Shown here one piece after another: positions 9,112-18,917 of a stretch of 42,036 nucleotides of DNA. The notes under the pieces were generated by a model that worked only from the letters and a program-made list of their open reading frames with translations, was not told the origin of the DNA and did no database searches. The DNA comes from a virus (taxonomy: Duplodnaviria > Caudoviricetes), in IMG/VR virus record IMGVR_UViG_3300049023_000062, positions 1 through 42,036 of that record, one strand, 5' to 3'. Each line of letters begins with the position of its first letter. Within the stretch, counting starts at the first letter, position 1. A program made the position numbers and the translations under genes.

Positions 9112-10476
9112 TTAGGCGTATTGACCGCCGGTCGCGGTCGCGCCCGCCACGGTGCCAGGGAAGTAGCTGGCGCCTTGGCCCTGCGTGTTAATCACGCCAT
9201 TCAGCTGCGCGAAGTACTTCTGGCCGGTGACGTTGCCCGGGTTGGTGAAGCTAGGAGTGCCGGTGCCGGGAACTTCGATCTGACCGCCAGACACCGCGAG
9301 CGCGAACGTTGTGACCGTGATCGGTGTCGTGATCGTGTAGGAAACGGAACCGACGAGGTTAACCGTTCCGTTGCGATAGGCAGCGAACGCTTGGCCGCAC
9401 GAGGCCGCGAAGCGATGCGCCGCGGGATAGACCGCGCCGCCACCGTTGCCGAGAAACACCCACGACGTCACGGCACCGTTCTCGGTCGAGAACGTGTAGA
9501 GCGTTGCACCCGCGCCGTTGGCACAGAAGGCGGCCATGTTCGCCGTGGCTACCGTCGCCTTCACACCCTTAACGGTGAGGACGTTCGGGCCATTGACCGT
9601 GATTGAATTGCCAATGCCGGTCGAGTTGACGTGGCAATTCGCCGGCGTGCCCATGTTGCCTTCGATCGTGACCGACGGGCCAGGGATCGTCGACGTCGCG
9701 ACGCTCTCCAGATAGGTGCCGTCGGCAACGATGATCGTGATGCCATAGGTCGCGCTCGGACCGAACTTGAAGGCCTCCTGCATCGCGCGGCTGATGGTCT
9801 TGAACGGACCATTGACCCCGGACACCACCGCCGCGGTGCCGTTGAAGTTCACGTCATGGCCGGTGGTGCCGTTGACATAGAACGTGGTGTTCGCGGAGAG
9901 CACCTTGATCGTGGACTGCTGACCGTTGGTGAGTTGCCAGTAGGTCCCGTCGAACTGCATCTTGGCGATCATGCCAGTGCGCAGATCTTTCGACACCAGG
10001 TCGGCGCCAACGTTGTTCTTGATCGCGACTGCGCCCAGACCGGAGAAGTTCGCCGTCGCCGGGCCGGTATTGTCGACCGCAATCTTCACATCGATTTCGA
10101 TGCCGGCCTTGTACTCCTTCAGCGCCGGCGACGGAGCGCCGACGATCGTGTTCTGCGATCCGGTGTCGAGGCACCAACGCGGCTGGTTGCGCTGGATCAG
10201 GTGCTGGACCGACTTCAAGAGAACGAAGTCGTCAGCGTTGTCCTCGGTGACGATGTCGACAGCGCCGACGGTGGTCTGACCGTTGCCGCGCGCCAGCTTG
10301 CGAAGCAACTCGACGATCTGGTTCGCCGCCGCGGCTTCCCACTCGGTGCCGTCGTCGGTGTCCGGGTCGGCGCAATCCTTCCAGAAGGTGTCGGTTGCAC
10401 CGTGCGTGCGCGTCTCGGCGGGGCGAGCGGTGACGCCGCCCGACGCCACGGTCGGGCCAAAAAGATCAACTGCCAT
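9112..10476 (-). CDS. Baseplate-attached tail fibre or spike protein
   Basis: Follows the gp48-like gene; NTGPATANFSGLGA motif, then a beta-helix-like region (FYVNGTTGHD...PFKTI). Confidence 0.8.
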   Translation of the reverse strand: MAVDLFGPTVASGGVTARPAETRTHGATDTFWKDCADPDTDDGTEWEAAAANQIVELLRKLARGNGQTTVGAVDIVTEDNADDFVLLKSVQHLIQRNQPRWCLDTGSQNTIVGAPSPALKEYKAGIEIDVKIAVDNTGPATANFSGLGAVAIKNNVGADLVSKDLRTGMIAKMQFDGTYWQLTNGQQSTIKVLSANTTFYVNGTTGHDVNFNGTAAVVSGVNGPFKTISRAMQEAFKFGPSATYGITIIVADGTYLESVATSTIPGPSVTIEGNMGTPANCHVNSTGIGNSITVNGPNVLTVKGVKATVATANMAAFCANGAGATLYTFSTENGAVTSWVFLGNGGGAVYPAAHRFAASCGQAFAAYRNGTVNLVGSVSYTITTPITVTTFALAVSGGQIEVPGTGTPSFTNPGNVTGQKYFAQLNGVINTQGQGASYFPGTVAGATATGGQYA

Positions 10477-10477
10477 T

Positions 10478-11176
10478 TTATCGTACCTCGTAGACGGTGA
10501 GAATTTCGGCGTGGATCACGCGCGAGAGGAGACATTGAAGCGGGAGCAGGCTCGGTCCGCAGGAGAAGCGGCGCCCCATGCGCATCCGGCCCATCAGGGA
10601 TGGCAGGAAGCGTCGCACCGGCTGGTAGGCCGGGCTTTCGGCGAGGAACACAACGATGCGGATTTCACCGCGGCCGAGCGTGCGGCCGACGCGGAAGCGG
10701 CCGCCCATGCGGGAGCAGCCCATCCTCATGCCGCAGAAGCGGTAGGTCTCCTCGCAGGTGATCGTCCAGCCGGCGCGCGCGGCGACATCAGCGTAGTAGT
10801 CGCACCGCGTGCCGCCGATCGCCGAGACCTTGGTGCATAGGTCGGGAAACGGATCGCAGTCATCCGGGAGGCCGTACTCCTTCATCCAATCGTCGCGCGT
10901 CTCGACGATCGAATGGCACCAAAACTCGCGGCGAAGGTCGCAAACTCGCTGGTAGAAGTGGAACAGGTCTTCGGCGAAGGCGCGGAAGTAGCGCCAGATC
11001 ACCGAGCCCTCGACCTCAACCGCAGCAAAGAAATCCGGATTGAAGGCGTCCGGATTGAACGAGATCTCCGCCGCTCGCTCCGGCAGGCCCTCGTTGGTCG
11101 ACCAGGCGCGGCCGCGCGGTAGCAGCTTCATTACCGCGTCGGTGCATTCATCGATCGTCGATGGGCAATGGAACAT
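10478..11176 (-). CDS. Baseplate wedge protein, Mu gp48/YmfQ-like
   Basis: LLPRGRAW and W..EYGLPD motifs; downstream of baseplate J. Confidence 0.85.
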   Translation of the reverse strand: MFHCPSTIDECTDAVMKLLPRGRAWSTNEGLPERAAEISFNPDAFNPDFFAAVEVEGSVIWRYFRAFAEDLFHFYQRVCDLRREFWCHSIVETRDDWMKEYGLPDDCDPFPDLCTKVSAIGGTRCDYYADVAARAGWTITCEETYRFCGMRMGCSRMGGRFRVGRTLGRGEIRIVVFLAESPAYQPVRRFLPSLMGRMRMGRRFSCGPSLLPLQCLLSRVIHAEILTVYEVR

Positions 11177-11188
11177 CAGCGGAGACCC

Positions 11189-12325
11189 TTACGGCACAAA
11201 GGTGACGGTGCCCAGCACCGCCATGTCGCCAGGAGCTAGCGCGACATCGTCGGCGGGAGCGGTGATCTTATGCCGCTGCTCGCCGCTCGCATTCGCGACC
11301 GCCTGCCAGATCCAGGAGCGCGAGAACGAGAACGGAGATGCCAGGTAGGGCATCGAGCCGAACAAGGCGTCGTCGCCGGCAGGGCGCGAGAGCCGCCGGA
11401 AGGCGTCCTTCAACTCGATCAGGACCGCGTCCTGGACTTCCACCGTGTTCGGCGAGAGGCCCTGGATGGTCACATCGACCGGGATCGGAGTGGGCGCCGC
11501 GATCGTCACCGCGGCGCCCGCCGGCTGCAGAGCCGCGATATGCTCGCGGACCCGCTCCACATCGGTGCCGTTCGGGATGCCGTCCTCGTGAAGGTCGTAC
11601 ATCAGCGGGAACACGCGGACCGAGCCGGGCCCTTTCCAGAGCCGCTCCACATATACGGTCGGCCGATCGGCGTCGAACGAAACGCCAGGGACCTGGCCTG
11701 CCCAGAACACATAGTCCGCAGCCGCGCCGCCATGCGGCGGATTGCGCTTCCGGAACAGGATGCGCTGGCGGTAGCTCTCCATGTCCTCCAGGTCGGCGCC
11801 GAGCGAGATGCCGTCGGCATGGACCACCGCGGTCGGCGCCGTGGCGCCGCCCGACGTGACGCCGGAGACGATATCGAGCGACATTCCGCCGGCGGTATTG
11901 TTCGCCTTGCCGTCGGTCGCCGAGATGACCGGAACGGTGAGCGTGCCTGAGGTCGCCAGCACGCCGCCCGCGGAGACCAGGAACTCGACACCGTCAGCGC
12001 GCCGGAGCCGAGCTCCGGTGTCGACCGTCAGGTTCGTGACCGCGGTGAAAACGACGTCGCCCTGCGCCGGCGCCGCCGGCTTCTGCGGGATGTTGAACTC
12101 GATGCCATGCTCGCGGAGGCTCTCGATGTCGGGCGAGCTCCAGGCGAACCGCTGCTTCGAAACGTAGGCCAGGTAGTTGAACGCGTTGAAAAGTCCGCCC
12201 GCAATCACCTTCGCCGAGGCATAGACGTTGTTGGGCCAGAGCCAGGCGTCGGTGCCCTTCAGGTTCGCGCGGAAACTGGAGCGCGAGCGCTCGAGCAGGC
12301 GCTTTAGCGTCGGGAAATCGAACAT
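11189..12325 (-). CDS. Baseplate J-like protein, Mu gp47 type
   Basis: GADLE...YRQRIL...PPHGGAAADY motif. Confidence 0.92.
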   Translation of the reverse strand: MFDFPTLKRLLERSRSSFRANLKGTDAWLWPNNVYASAKVIAGGLFNAFNYLAYVSKQRFAWSSPDIESLREHGIEFNIPQKPAAPAQGDVVFTAVTNLTVDTGARLRRADGVEFLVSAGGVLATSGTLTVPVISATDGKANNTAGGMSLDIVSGVTSGGATAPTAVVHADGISLGADLEDMESYRQRILFRKRNPPHGGAAADYVFWAGQVPGVSFDADRPTVYVERLWKGPGSVRVFPLMYDLHEDGIPNGTDVERVREHIAALQPAGAAVTIAAPTPIPVDVTIQGLSPNTVEVQDAVLIELKDAFRRLSRPAGDDALFGSMPYLASPFSFSRSWIWQAVANASGEQRHKITAPADDVALAPGDMAVLGTVTFVP

Positions 12326-12338
12326 GCTGGGATGCCCC

Positions 12339-12929
12339 TTAGACCGGCGGACTTGACGAGAACGGCTCCGGCGCCGGCGATGTCACCGACTGCTTCCAGA
12401 TGTCCTCGAACTTGTAATCGTAGACCATCCCGCCGTCGGCGCCATAAAGCCGGACGTCCAGGTTGACGCGGTTGACATCGACCGGGCGCGTCGCGACCAC
12501 ATCGATGCGCGAGCAGACCTGCTGGAAGATCAGCGTCGAGAGCGCGTCGATCGCGACCGCCTCAACCCAGCGGCGGATTTCCTCGTTCAGGTGTGCGCGC
12601 TCAAATACCCAGAGCAGCGATCCCATGTCGCGCTCGCCGAGCTCGGGACGGATATCCTCGCCGTCGCCCCACCAGCCGCGCGGATCGTCACCGTCGACCA
12701 AGTAGAAAAGCGGATGATCCGGATCGATGCGCTTGTCGGTGAACAGGCAGATGATGACCGCGGTGTGCAGCGCGGCTTGCGCCTGCAAGCCGCCGCGGTT
12801 CTGTAGCGGCTCGGTGGCGCCGGCGATCCGCCAATCACCCTGGCCCTGCCAGGGCGCCCAGATCGTATCCCAGAGCAGGATCGGCTGTTCGTCGTCGCCT
12901 TCGCTGATCCGAACTCGGAGCGTCGCCAT
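12339..12929 (-). CDS. Baseplate protein, Mu gp46-like
   Basis: LHTAVIICLFTD, RGWWGD and GSLLW motifs. Confidence 0.9.
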   Translation of the reverse strand: MATLRVRISEGDDEQPILLWDTIWAPWQGQGDWRIAGATEPLQNRGGLQAQAALHTAVIICLFTDKRIDPDHPLFYLVDGDDPRGWWGDGEDIRPELGERDMGSLLWVFERAHLNEEIRRWVEAVAIDALSTLIFQQVCSRIDVVATRPVDVNRVNLDVRLYGADGGMVYDYKFEDIWKQSVTSPAPEPFSSSPPV

Positions 12930-12941
12930 CGATGAGAACTC

Positions 12942-13634
12942 CTAAACCGCAAAGACCTTCGTGGCGCATCCGCCGGAGCAGAGACCGACAGGCGATCCGC
13001 CTTCATCGCCGAGGTCGACGCGATCGGCGATCACCACGCAATGCTGCGTGGTGTGCGTGATCTTGCTGTCGGTCATCACAGTGGTGCTGGAGCCCTTTTC
13101 GAGCTTTAGCTCGTCCTCGCTCCAGGTGACCTTGGCGCCCTCGTAGGAGATGACGATGCTGTCGCCATCCATCACGATCGAAATCGTCTTTTCGTCCTCG
13201 TCGGACTTGTCGTCGGTCTCGCCTTCGGGCGCCTCGCTATTGCCGGCGTCGTAGCCCTTGCCGATCCGGATGTTGATCTTCTTCTGGTGGACGTGGTCCT
13301 GGCTCTTTTCGAACTGCCGGATGATATCGCCGTGCATGTTGAACAGCGCGGCGGAGCCCTCCGGCGTTTTTTTCGGGCGGTATTTTTCATGACCGCCATC
13401 GAAGTACAGCGAGCGATCGGAGCGGCCGCCCATCTGGACCAGCACGCCGTCGGTGTCCTCCGGAGGCACCGAGGTGAAGCCGAAATCCATCGGCCGCCAG
13501 ATCTTCTTAGGCTTCTCGTTTTTGCGCGCCTTGAGGTCGACGCGCTGCTGCGACTTTTCATCGTCGACCTTGACGATGCGCGTGCGGATCGTCTGCGAGC
13601 GAACCGCGTCGTCATGTTCCCAAGGGAGAGCCAT
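12942..13634 (-). CDS. Baseplate spike, Mu gp45-like
   Basis: FGFTSVPP, GGRS, YRP motifs; gene order. Confidence 0.85.
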   Translation of the reverse strand: MALPWEHDDAVRSQTIRTRIVKVDDEKSQQRVDLKARKNEKPKKIWRPMDFGFTSVPPEDTDGVLVQMGGRSDRSLYFDGGHEKYRPKKTPEGSAALFNMHGDIIRQFEKSQDHVHQKKINIRIGKGYDAGNSEAPEGETDDKSDEDEKTISIVMDGDSIVISYEGAKVTWSEDELKLEKGSSTTVMTDSKITHTTQHCVVIADRVDLGDEGGSPVGLCSGGCATKVFAV

Positions 13635-14683
13635 CAGCCAAAATTCCAGGTTGAGCCGGACTTATTGCCCTTGCCGCCGCCGGCCCCCTGGCCGTCGTAG
13701 GCACGCGGATCGACCAGGCTAAGCGTCGCGATGCTGCCATCGCTGCTTTGCCGATAGACCACCTTCTCGATCAGCATGTCCTGCGAGATATCGAGATACG
13801 GACTTTGCGTGTAGGTGAGCGCGCCAGGCGTCCAGATCTTGCCGCCGTCATCGCGGAAGCCTTGCGTCGAGATGGTGGCTTTCAGCGCCTCGCCGGCGGC
13901 GCGGTTCTTCCGGTTCTTGGCGCGCTTTTCGGCGCGGTCCTTGGTGGTGTCCTCGTCCTGCACGATGATGATCGCGCGGTGGCGCTTGACCGAACCGTCC
14001 TCCAGCTGCGCCTCGATCTCCAGATTGTCATCGCCGTGACCGAACGGGCGCTGACCGCGGACAACGATCTTGGAATAGCGGTTCTTGCCGTTGTGGTGCG
14101 CGGTGCCGGACAGGATGTTGACGCCCTCCAGGAGCGGGCCATTCCGCTCCGAGCCGGCCTTGGTGATCTTGGCATTGCCTTCCGGCGTGCCGGTGATCGT
14201 CATGCCCTGCTGGCGCGCTAGCTTTTCGACGCAACGGAAACAGGTCTCGCCCTGGGTCAGCTGGTACTGCTCAACCTTCTCCAGCTGCTGATCGGTCTCC
14301 CATTTGGCGCCGTAGTTGCTGGAAATCTCCTGGCCGATTTCAAGCGGGTCCTTGTTCTCGAACTGACCGGTGTCGTGTTCCGCCGAGCCATCGACCAGGT
14401 CGGCGGACTTCGATCTGCCGCTGACGTGGATCTCCGCGCGCCGCCCCGCGAACGTCGGCTCGCGGCTATCGACATGCCCGACCAGGACCAGGTCGCCGGA
14501 GAGCGAGATCGACACATCGGCGCCGACCGCAAAGATCGCGTTCGTTGCCGCGGCGCCCATCTCGGCGGCGACGGTGAAGGCGAACTCGCGCGCCGCCTCG
14601 TTGAAGGCGGCGCTGACCTGGCACTCGGTGAAGGCGTCGTAGGAACCGCCGCCGGCGCTGATGGTGATCTTTTCGTGGCCCAT
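13634..14683 (-). CDS. Baseplate hub, Mu gp44 (gpP)-like
   Basis: SGRSKSADLVDGS, GET and LLEGVNILSG motifs. Confidence 0.9.
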   Translation of the reverse strand: MGHEKITISAGGGSYDAFTECQVSAAFNEAAREFAFTVAAEMGAAATNAIFAVGADVSISLSGDLVLVGHVDSREPTFAGRRAEIHVSGRSKSADLVDGSAEHDTGQFENKDPLEIGQEISSNYGAKWETDQQLEKVEQYQLTQGETCFRCVEKLARQQGMTITGTPEGNAKITKAGSERNGPLLEGVNILSGTAHHNGKNRYSKIVVRGQRPFGHGDDNLEIEAQLEDGSVKRHRAIIIVQDEDTTKDRAEKRAKNRKNRAAGEALKATISTQGFRDDGGKIWTPGALTYTQSPYLDISQDMLIEKVVYRQSSDGSIATLSLVDPRAYDGQGAGGGKGNKSGSTWNFG

Positions 14684-15903
14684 TACTCGATCAAAGCCTC
14701 GAACGTTGGAGGGATGAACGCCGGATCGGCGACGCGATTGCGGTTGACGATCTCCATCGCACGGTTCGGGTCTTTGTAGAAGCGCCAGGCCCAGTAGAGC
14801 GCCGGCATCGACTGGTTGGCATCGACGTTGCGGACCGGCGCCAGGTCGATGATCGCCAGCGACAGGTAGTTGACCGCCGCGTCCCGAACCGCGGTGATCT
14901 CCTGGAATAGCCGGTGCTCGGTGGCGCTGATGCTTTCGAGCTCGGCGTCGAGATACTCCACGACGTTTCCGCGGAGCGTCAGAGCGGCCTGGCGATCGGA
15001 GAGCGGCGCCTGGGCCACCGCCTCGGCATAGGCGCCGATCGTCGCCAGGCGAACCACGCGGGCGGCCTCCTCGGCGTTGACAGCCTCGGCATACCGCCGC
15101 GGCGTCGCATAGCTGGAGGCGACGATCTCGCGCGGCGCCGGCAGCGCCTGGATGACGTCCTCGATCGAGCGGACCGCGACCGATGGATCAATGCCGGCAG
15201 AGACCGCCCGCATCGCCGCGACCAGGCGCGTCGGCGCCTCGGAGCGGGTATCCGGATCCGCGATCAACGCCGGGATTGCGTCGTACAGGGCAAACAACTC
15301 GTTGCGCTGCGCGGCGCTCACGACCAGGTCGACCGGGCTGGAGGTCCGGAGCGCGTCGATGGTCGCGACGCCATCGAGCAGGCCGTTGACCGCGGCATCG
15401 ATGACGAAATCCGGCATCAGGTTCGTGAGCAGATTTCCGACGAAGGTCGACGCGACCTGTGTCGCCAGGTTGTCGACCGCGATGAACGTCGCGTTCGACA
15501 GGATCGCCGTCGAGATCAGCGAGTGCGATGCGCCATCGCGTGAGAAGCGCAGGTTATGAGCGATATACCCGTGCTTGTCCTTGTCGCGATCGCGCTCGAA
15601 CTCCAGACACTTGACCAGGATCGGACCGTGCGTCGGCAGGACGAGGATGCCGGCGCCGCGTGTCGCACAGATCGACATCACCGAGGATGCGTTCGCGTCG
15701 GCGCTGTTGCCGACGCAATACGCTGTCACCCGATAGCGGCGGACGCCTTCGCCGAGGTCCTCCAGGAACGGCTCGTCCCGCATCGGGAACTCATGCTCCA
15801 CGATGCGTCGCGAGCCGCCCTCGTTGTCCCGCTCAACGAAAAACGGCACCCCTTTGTAGGATGCCGCCCAGAGCGTCTTTAGCCAGTTTCGCGCGATCGA
15901 CAT
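14683..15903 (-). CDS. DNA circularization / tail initiator protein, Mu gp43 (N)-like
   Basis: ASYKGVPFFV...HEFP.RD..FLEDLG N-terminal domain. Confidence 0.92.
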   Translation of the reverse strand: MSIARNWLKTLWAASYKGVPFFVERDNEGGSRRIVEHEFPMRDEPFLEDLGEGVRRYRVTAYCVGNSADANASSVMSICATRGAGILVLPTHGPILVKCLEFERDRDKDKHGYIAHNLRFSRDGASHSLISTAILSNATFIAVDNLATQVASTFVGNLLTNLMPDFVIDAAVNGLLDGVATIDALRTSSPVDLVVSAAQRNELFALYDAIPALIADPDTRSEAPTRLVAAMRAVSAGIDPSVAVRSIEDVIQALPAPREIVASSYATPRRYAEAVNAEEAARVVRLATIGAYAEAVAQAPLSDRQAALTLRGNVVEYLDAELESISATEHRLFQEITAVRDAAVNYLSLAIIDLAPVRNVDANQSMPALYWAWRFYKDPNRAMEIVNRNRVADPAFIPPTFEALIE

Positions 15904-17972
15904 CAGTACACTCCTGAGAACCCCGTCCCGCCAGGCGCCTGCGCGTCCGGCGACGATCGACCGGTCGAGCCCGGACCATTGCCGCCGATACTCTGCAGCC
16001 TGCCGCTGATCTCCGCCGAGAGCTTCTTCATTTCGTCGACCACCTGGATCAAGCCGCTGCTATCCACAACGAACTTGAAGGTGCCCTCCATCTCGCCGGA
16101 GACCTCGCCCTGCACGTTGACGTTCGCGCTCTTCTCGACATCGGCCTGCGACTGCAGGCCGGTGCCGTAGGTCATGGTTTGCGTCACGCCAGGCGCCGAC
16201 AGCTGCGGCGCGTAGCGCGCCGCCTCCGCACGCAAGCGAGCCGCCGATGTCGCGTCGGCGCCCTGCCGACCGAGGCCTTCCCAATATTCCTTTGATCGGA
16301 AGCCCTTCGCCGAATAGTCGCTGCCCATCGGGTCTTCGCCAGCGGGATACGGGACATCGCGTTTTCCGAGACCGAGCCAGGTCGGATCGATGCCGGTCTT
16401 TTTGTCCATATCCAGCAGCCAGTTCACACCGGACTTGACGCCCTCGACCTCCCTGGCGGTAGCATCCCAATGCTTCTTGCCTTCCTTCAGGAAGCGATCG
16501 AGCCACCCGCCATCCTTGTAGCCCTCGCCGATGGCGTCGCCGAGCTTCTGAATGCCGGACGAGAGCCGACCGAGCGCGTCGGCGGTGGCATCCATCACCG
16601 GAGCCTGCCCCGCCAGCGTGCGCAGCTGGGCCAGGACGGCCTCGTAGGCAACGAACGGGTCCTTCTGCATCAGCGGTCCGGCGGCTTCCAGACCAGGCGC
16701 GCGGCCGAACTGCGGCTTCTTCCCCTCGTACTGCTCGCGCTGCGTCATCAGCTTGGAGAGCACATCACGCGCCGACGAATTCGAGTAGGCGCTGCCCAGG
16801 AACGTGTTCACGTCCTCGGCCTTTGCCGGATCGAGCTTCGCCCGCTTCATCGCCTCGCTGATGTTCTTCCATGCCCACTCGTCGGGCTTGCTCATCATCA
16901 GCGAGCGATCGACGAACTGACCGCTCTTGTCTCGGAGGCCGTACTGCCGACCGTAGTCCTTTGCCTTCGCGGTGGCTTGCACCTCCTGCTGCATCATCAT
17001 CGCCAGCGAATTGCCAGCGCGATCGGCCCCCATGTCCTGCGCCAGCGCGACGCCGGTGGTGTAGAGGAACCGATTGTCGATGGTGGCGCCGGCGGATTTC
17101 ATCCGCCGAGCCATCGTCATCACGTCGCCAAGGTTCATGTCGGCGCCTTCGACACTCTGAGCCTGGACAAAGCCCTGCGCGAGTTGTCGGATTTCCTTCG
17201 GGTCGACGTTCTTCCCGAGGTTGTCCAGCGCCTTGAAAAACTTCCGGCCCTCCTCGACCGCCGCGTCCTTGCCCTTCAACGACTGCATCACGGTCGTCAT
17301 CTGGCCGATCGTGTCGGCGAGCTCGATCGCCATGTCGACCGAACGCGTGCTCATCGCGGTATCGCGGAGCCGCTCGTGCATCGTCATGCTGTCGATAGAC
17401 TTAAACTTCTTGGACTGCTCGAGTGCAGCCGCCTCCAGGCGCTTGCTGTCCTCGTCGCTGAGACCGGCCAGGTAGTCGCGTGCGCTTTCGCGCTGCGCGG
17501 TGGCCGCCGAGGTCACGCCAGCCTTCGCGACGCGATAGCCGGCATAAGCGCCGCCGGCCATCGCCAAGCCGCGGGAGGCAACAGACGTAGCGGCGGAGAC
17601 CATCGTCGAGCGCCAGCGCTTATGCGCGCCAGCCGCTTCGTCGATGCCGGACTTCATCTTGCGCCAGTGCTGGACCTCGCGATCGACCCATGCCGCATCG
17701 GCGCGGAAAAAATGCTCGGCCTTCGGACGCGCGGCGCGCATCTCGTTCTCGAACGCCATCCGGCGGCGCCGGACGTCCATCAACTCCTTTTCGGAGAGCT
17801 TCAGGCGCTTCAACTCGGCATCGAGGCTGCCGGTGAACTTCGGCGCCTTGACGTCGCCGAGCGCCTTCGCGTTGTTGGTCAGGCCCTTGATCTTCTGAGC
17901 CAGGCGATCGAATACCGCGCCGGTTTTGTCGGCCGCCGAGATTACGGCTTTGGCTTCGATCGTCCTGCTCAT
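15903..17972 (-). CDS. Tape measure protein
   Basis: Long helical protein after the chaperones; start MSRTIEAKAVISAADKT. Confidence 0.85.
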   Translation of the reverse strand: MSRTIEAKAVISAADKTGAVFDRLAQKIKGLTNNAKALGDVKAPKFTGSLDAELKRLKLSEKELMDVRRRRMAFENEMRAARPKAEHFFRADAAWVDREVQHWRKMKSGIDEAAGAHKRWRSTMVSAATSVASRGLAMAGGAYAGYRVAKAGVTSAATAQRESARDYLAGLSDEDSKRLEAAALEQSKKFKSIDSMTMHERLRDTAMSTRSVDMAIELADTIGQMTTVMQSLKGKDAAVEEGRKFFKALDNLGKNVDPKEIRQLAQGFVQAQSVEGADMNLGDVMTMARRMKSAGATIDNRFLYTTGVALAQDMGADRAGNSLAMMMQQEVQATAKAKDYGRQYGLRDKSGQFVDRSLMMSKPDEWAWKNISEAMKRAKLDPAKAEDVNTFLGSAYSNSSARDVLSKLMTQREQYEGKKPQFGRAPGLEAAGPLMQKDPFVAYEAVLAQLRTLAGQAPVMDATADALGRLSSGIQKLGDAIGEGYKDGGWLDRFLKEGKKHWDATAREVEGVKSGVNWLLDMDKKTGIDPTWLGLGKRDVPYPAGEDPMGSDYSAKGFRSKEYWEGLGRQGADATSAARLRAEAARYAPQLSAPGVTQTMTYGTGLQSQADVEKSANVNVQGEVSGEMEGTFKFVVDSSGLIQVVDEMKKLSAEISGRLQSIGGNGPGSTGRSSPDAQAPGGTGFSGVY

Positions 17973-18142
17973 TGCTTGGACCCTTTGCCCTTGGTGGCAA
18001 GGCGACGGTTGAGAACCGTCGCCCAATAATCAATCTCGCCGATCGAGAGGCTGCTCGCCTCGCCGATCGTCAGGACCCGGTCGACGAAGATGAGCCGTTC
18101 AACGATCTCTTCAATAGCGCCTGCCGGGCGGCCTCGAAAAAA
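17969..18142 (-). CDS. Frameshift extension of the tail assembly chaperone (GT-like)
   Basis: The -1 frame is open from slippery T TTT TTC to the tape measure start; LSIGEIDYW motif. Confidence 0.7.
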   Translation of the reverse strand, partial: FFRGRPAGAIEEIVERLIFVDRVLTIGEASSLSIGEIDYWATVLNRRLATKGKGSKQ

Positions 18143-18429
18143 TCGAATACCGCGTCCTTCAGCTGGATGGTGTCGGCGAGGCCGCATTGATTGAGCAGCG
18201 CGGGATCCTTCGGCTCGATAACGAGGCGCTGGATATAGGCCTCGACGATATCCTCCTTTTCGGAGGTGAACATCACGCCGCCCTCGCTGCGGCCGAACGC
18301 GCGCGGCTCGCCGAGCGACATGATGTCGGGAAACTTCGGCGCCCGCATCACCACTTGCGTGATCTTGCTCGAGCCGGCGCCCTCGATCGGTTCGAGCAAG
18401 TCGATGGTCTTGTTGGATAGGACCGTCAT
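18070..18429 (-). CDS. Tail assembly chaperone (Mu gp41 / GpE-like)
   Basis: Between tube and tape measure; ends in ...AVFDFF slippery site. Confidence 0.8.
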   Translation of the reverse strand: MTVLSNKTIDLLEPIEGAGSSKITQVVMRAPKFPDIMSLGEPRAFGRSEGGVMFTSEKEDIVEAYIQRLVIEPKDPALLNQCGLADTIQLKDAVFDFFEAARQALLKRSLNGSSSSTGS

Positions 18430-18455
18430 GTTTTGTCCTGGAGTTGGAGGATGGA

Positions 18456-18845
18456 TCAGCGAATGGTCTTGTAGCTGTCAGCTGCGAGACCGAGGCCGGA
18501 GACCTCGCCGGTCGACGTATCGAGCGTCGGCTCGCCGGTAAAGAAGCCACCGGTCAGGATGTGCGTCAATTTTTGACCGTCGATCTCGACGAAGGTGATC
18601 GGCAGGTTTTCGAGCTCCATGATGTTCTCGGACCACCGGAGCGGCTCGCCGTCGATATCGACAAAGCGATCGAAGGTGATCTCCGCGGTCCGCGCCTTCG
18701 GAGCGACGGTTCGGTACACCGTCCCGTCCTGGTTAGCGCCCGCGGAAACATTGATATTGCTCACGTTGAGCGTGATGACGCCGCGCGCGGAATAGGTGCG
18801 GCCGTCGATGACGGTCGACACGCGACCGCCCGAAGTGTGCGACAT
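18456..18845 (-). CDS. Tail tube protein, Mu gpM-like
   Basis: 129 aa, beta-rich, directly after the sheath. Confidence 0.85.
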   Translation of the reverse strand: MSHTSGGRVSTVIDGRTYSARGVITLNVSNINVSAGANQDGTVYRTVAPKARTAEITFDRFVDIDGEPLRWSENIMELENLPITFVEIDGQKLTHILTGGFFTGEPTLDTSTGEVSGLGLAADSYKTIR

Positions 18846-18881
18846 AGGAAGCCTCTCTGGTTTCGGATCAAAGGACGGTGG

Positions 18882-18908
18882 CGCGCGCGGCTTTTAAGGC
18901 CGCGCGCG
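18882..18908. other. Intergenic GC-rich hairpin between sheath and tube genes
   Basis: CGCGCGCGGC/GCCGCGCGCG inverted repeat. Confidence 0.55.
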
Positions 18909-18917
18909 TGGTGACGA

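Noticed and set aside
7542-10476. Diversity-generating retroelement or invertible fibre cassette
   Set aside because: No reverse transcriptase, template/variable repeat pair, invertase or flanking inverted repeats seen in this window
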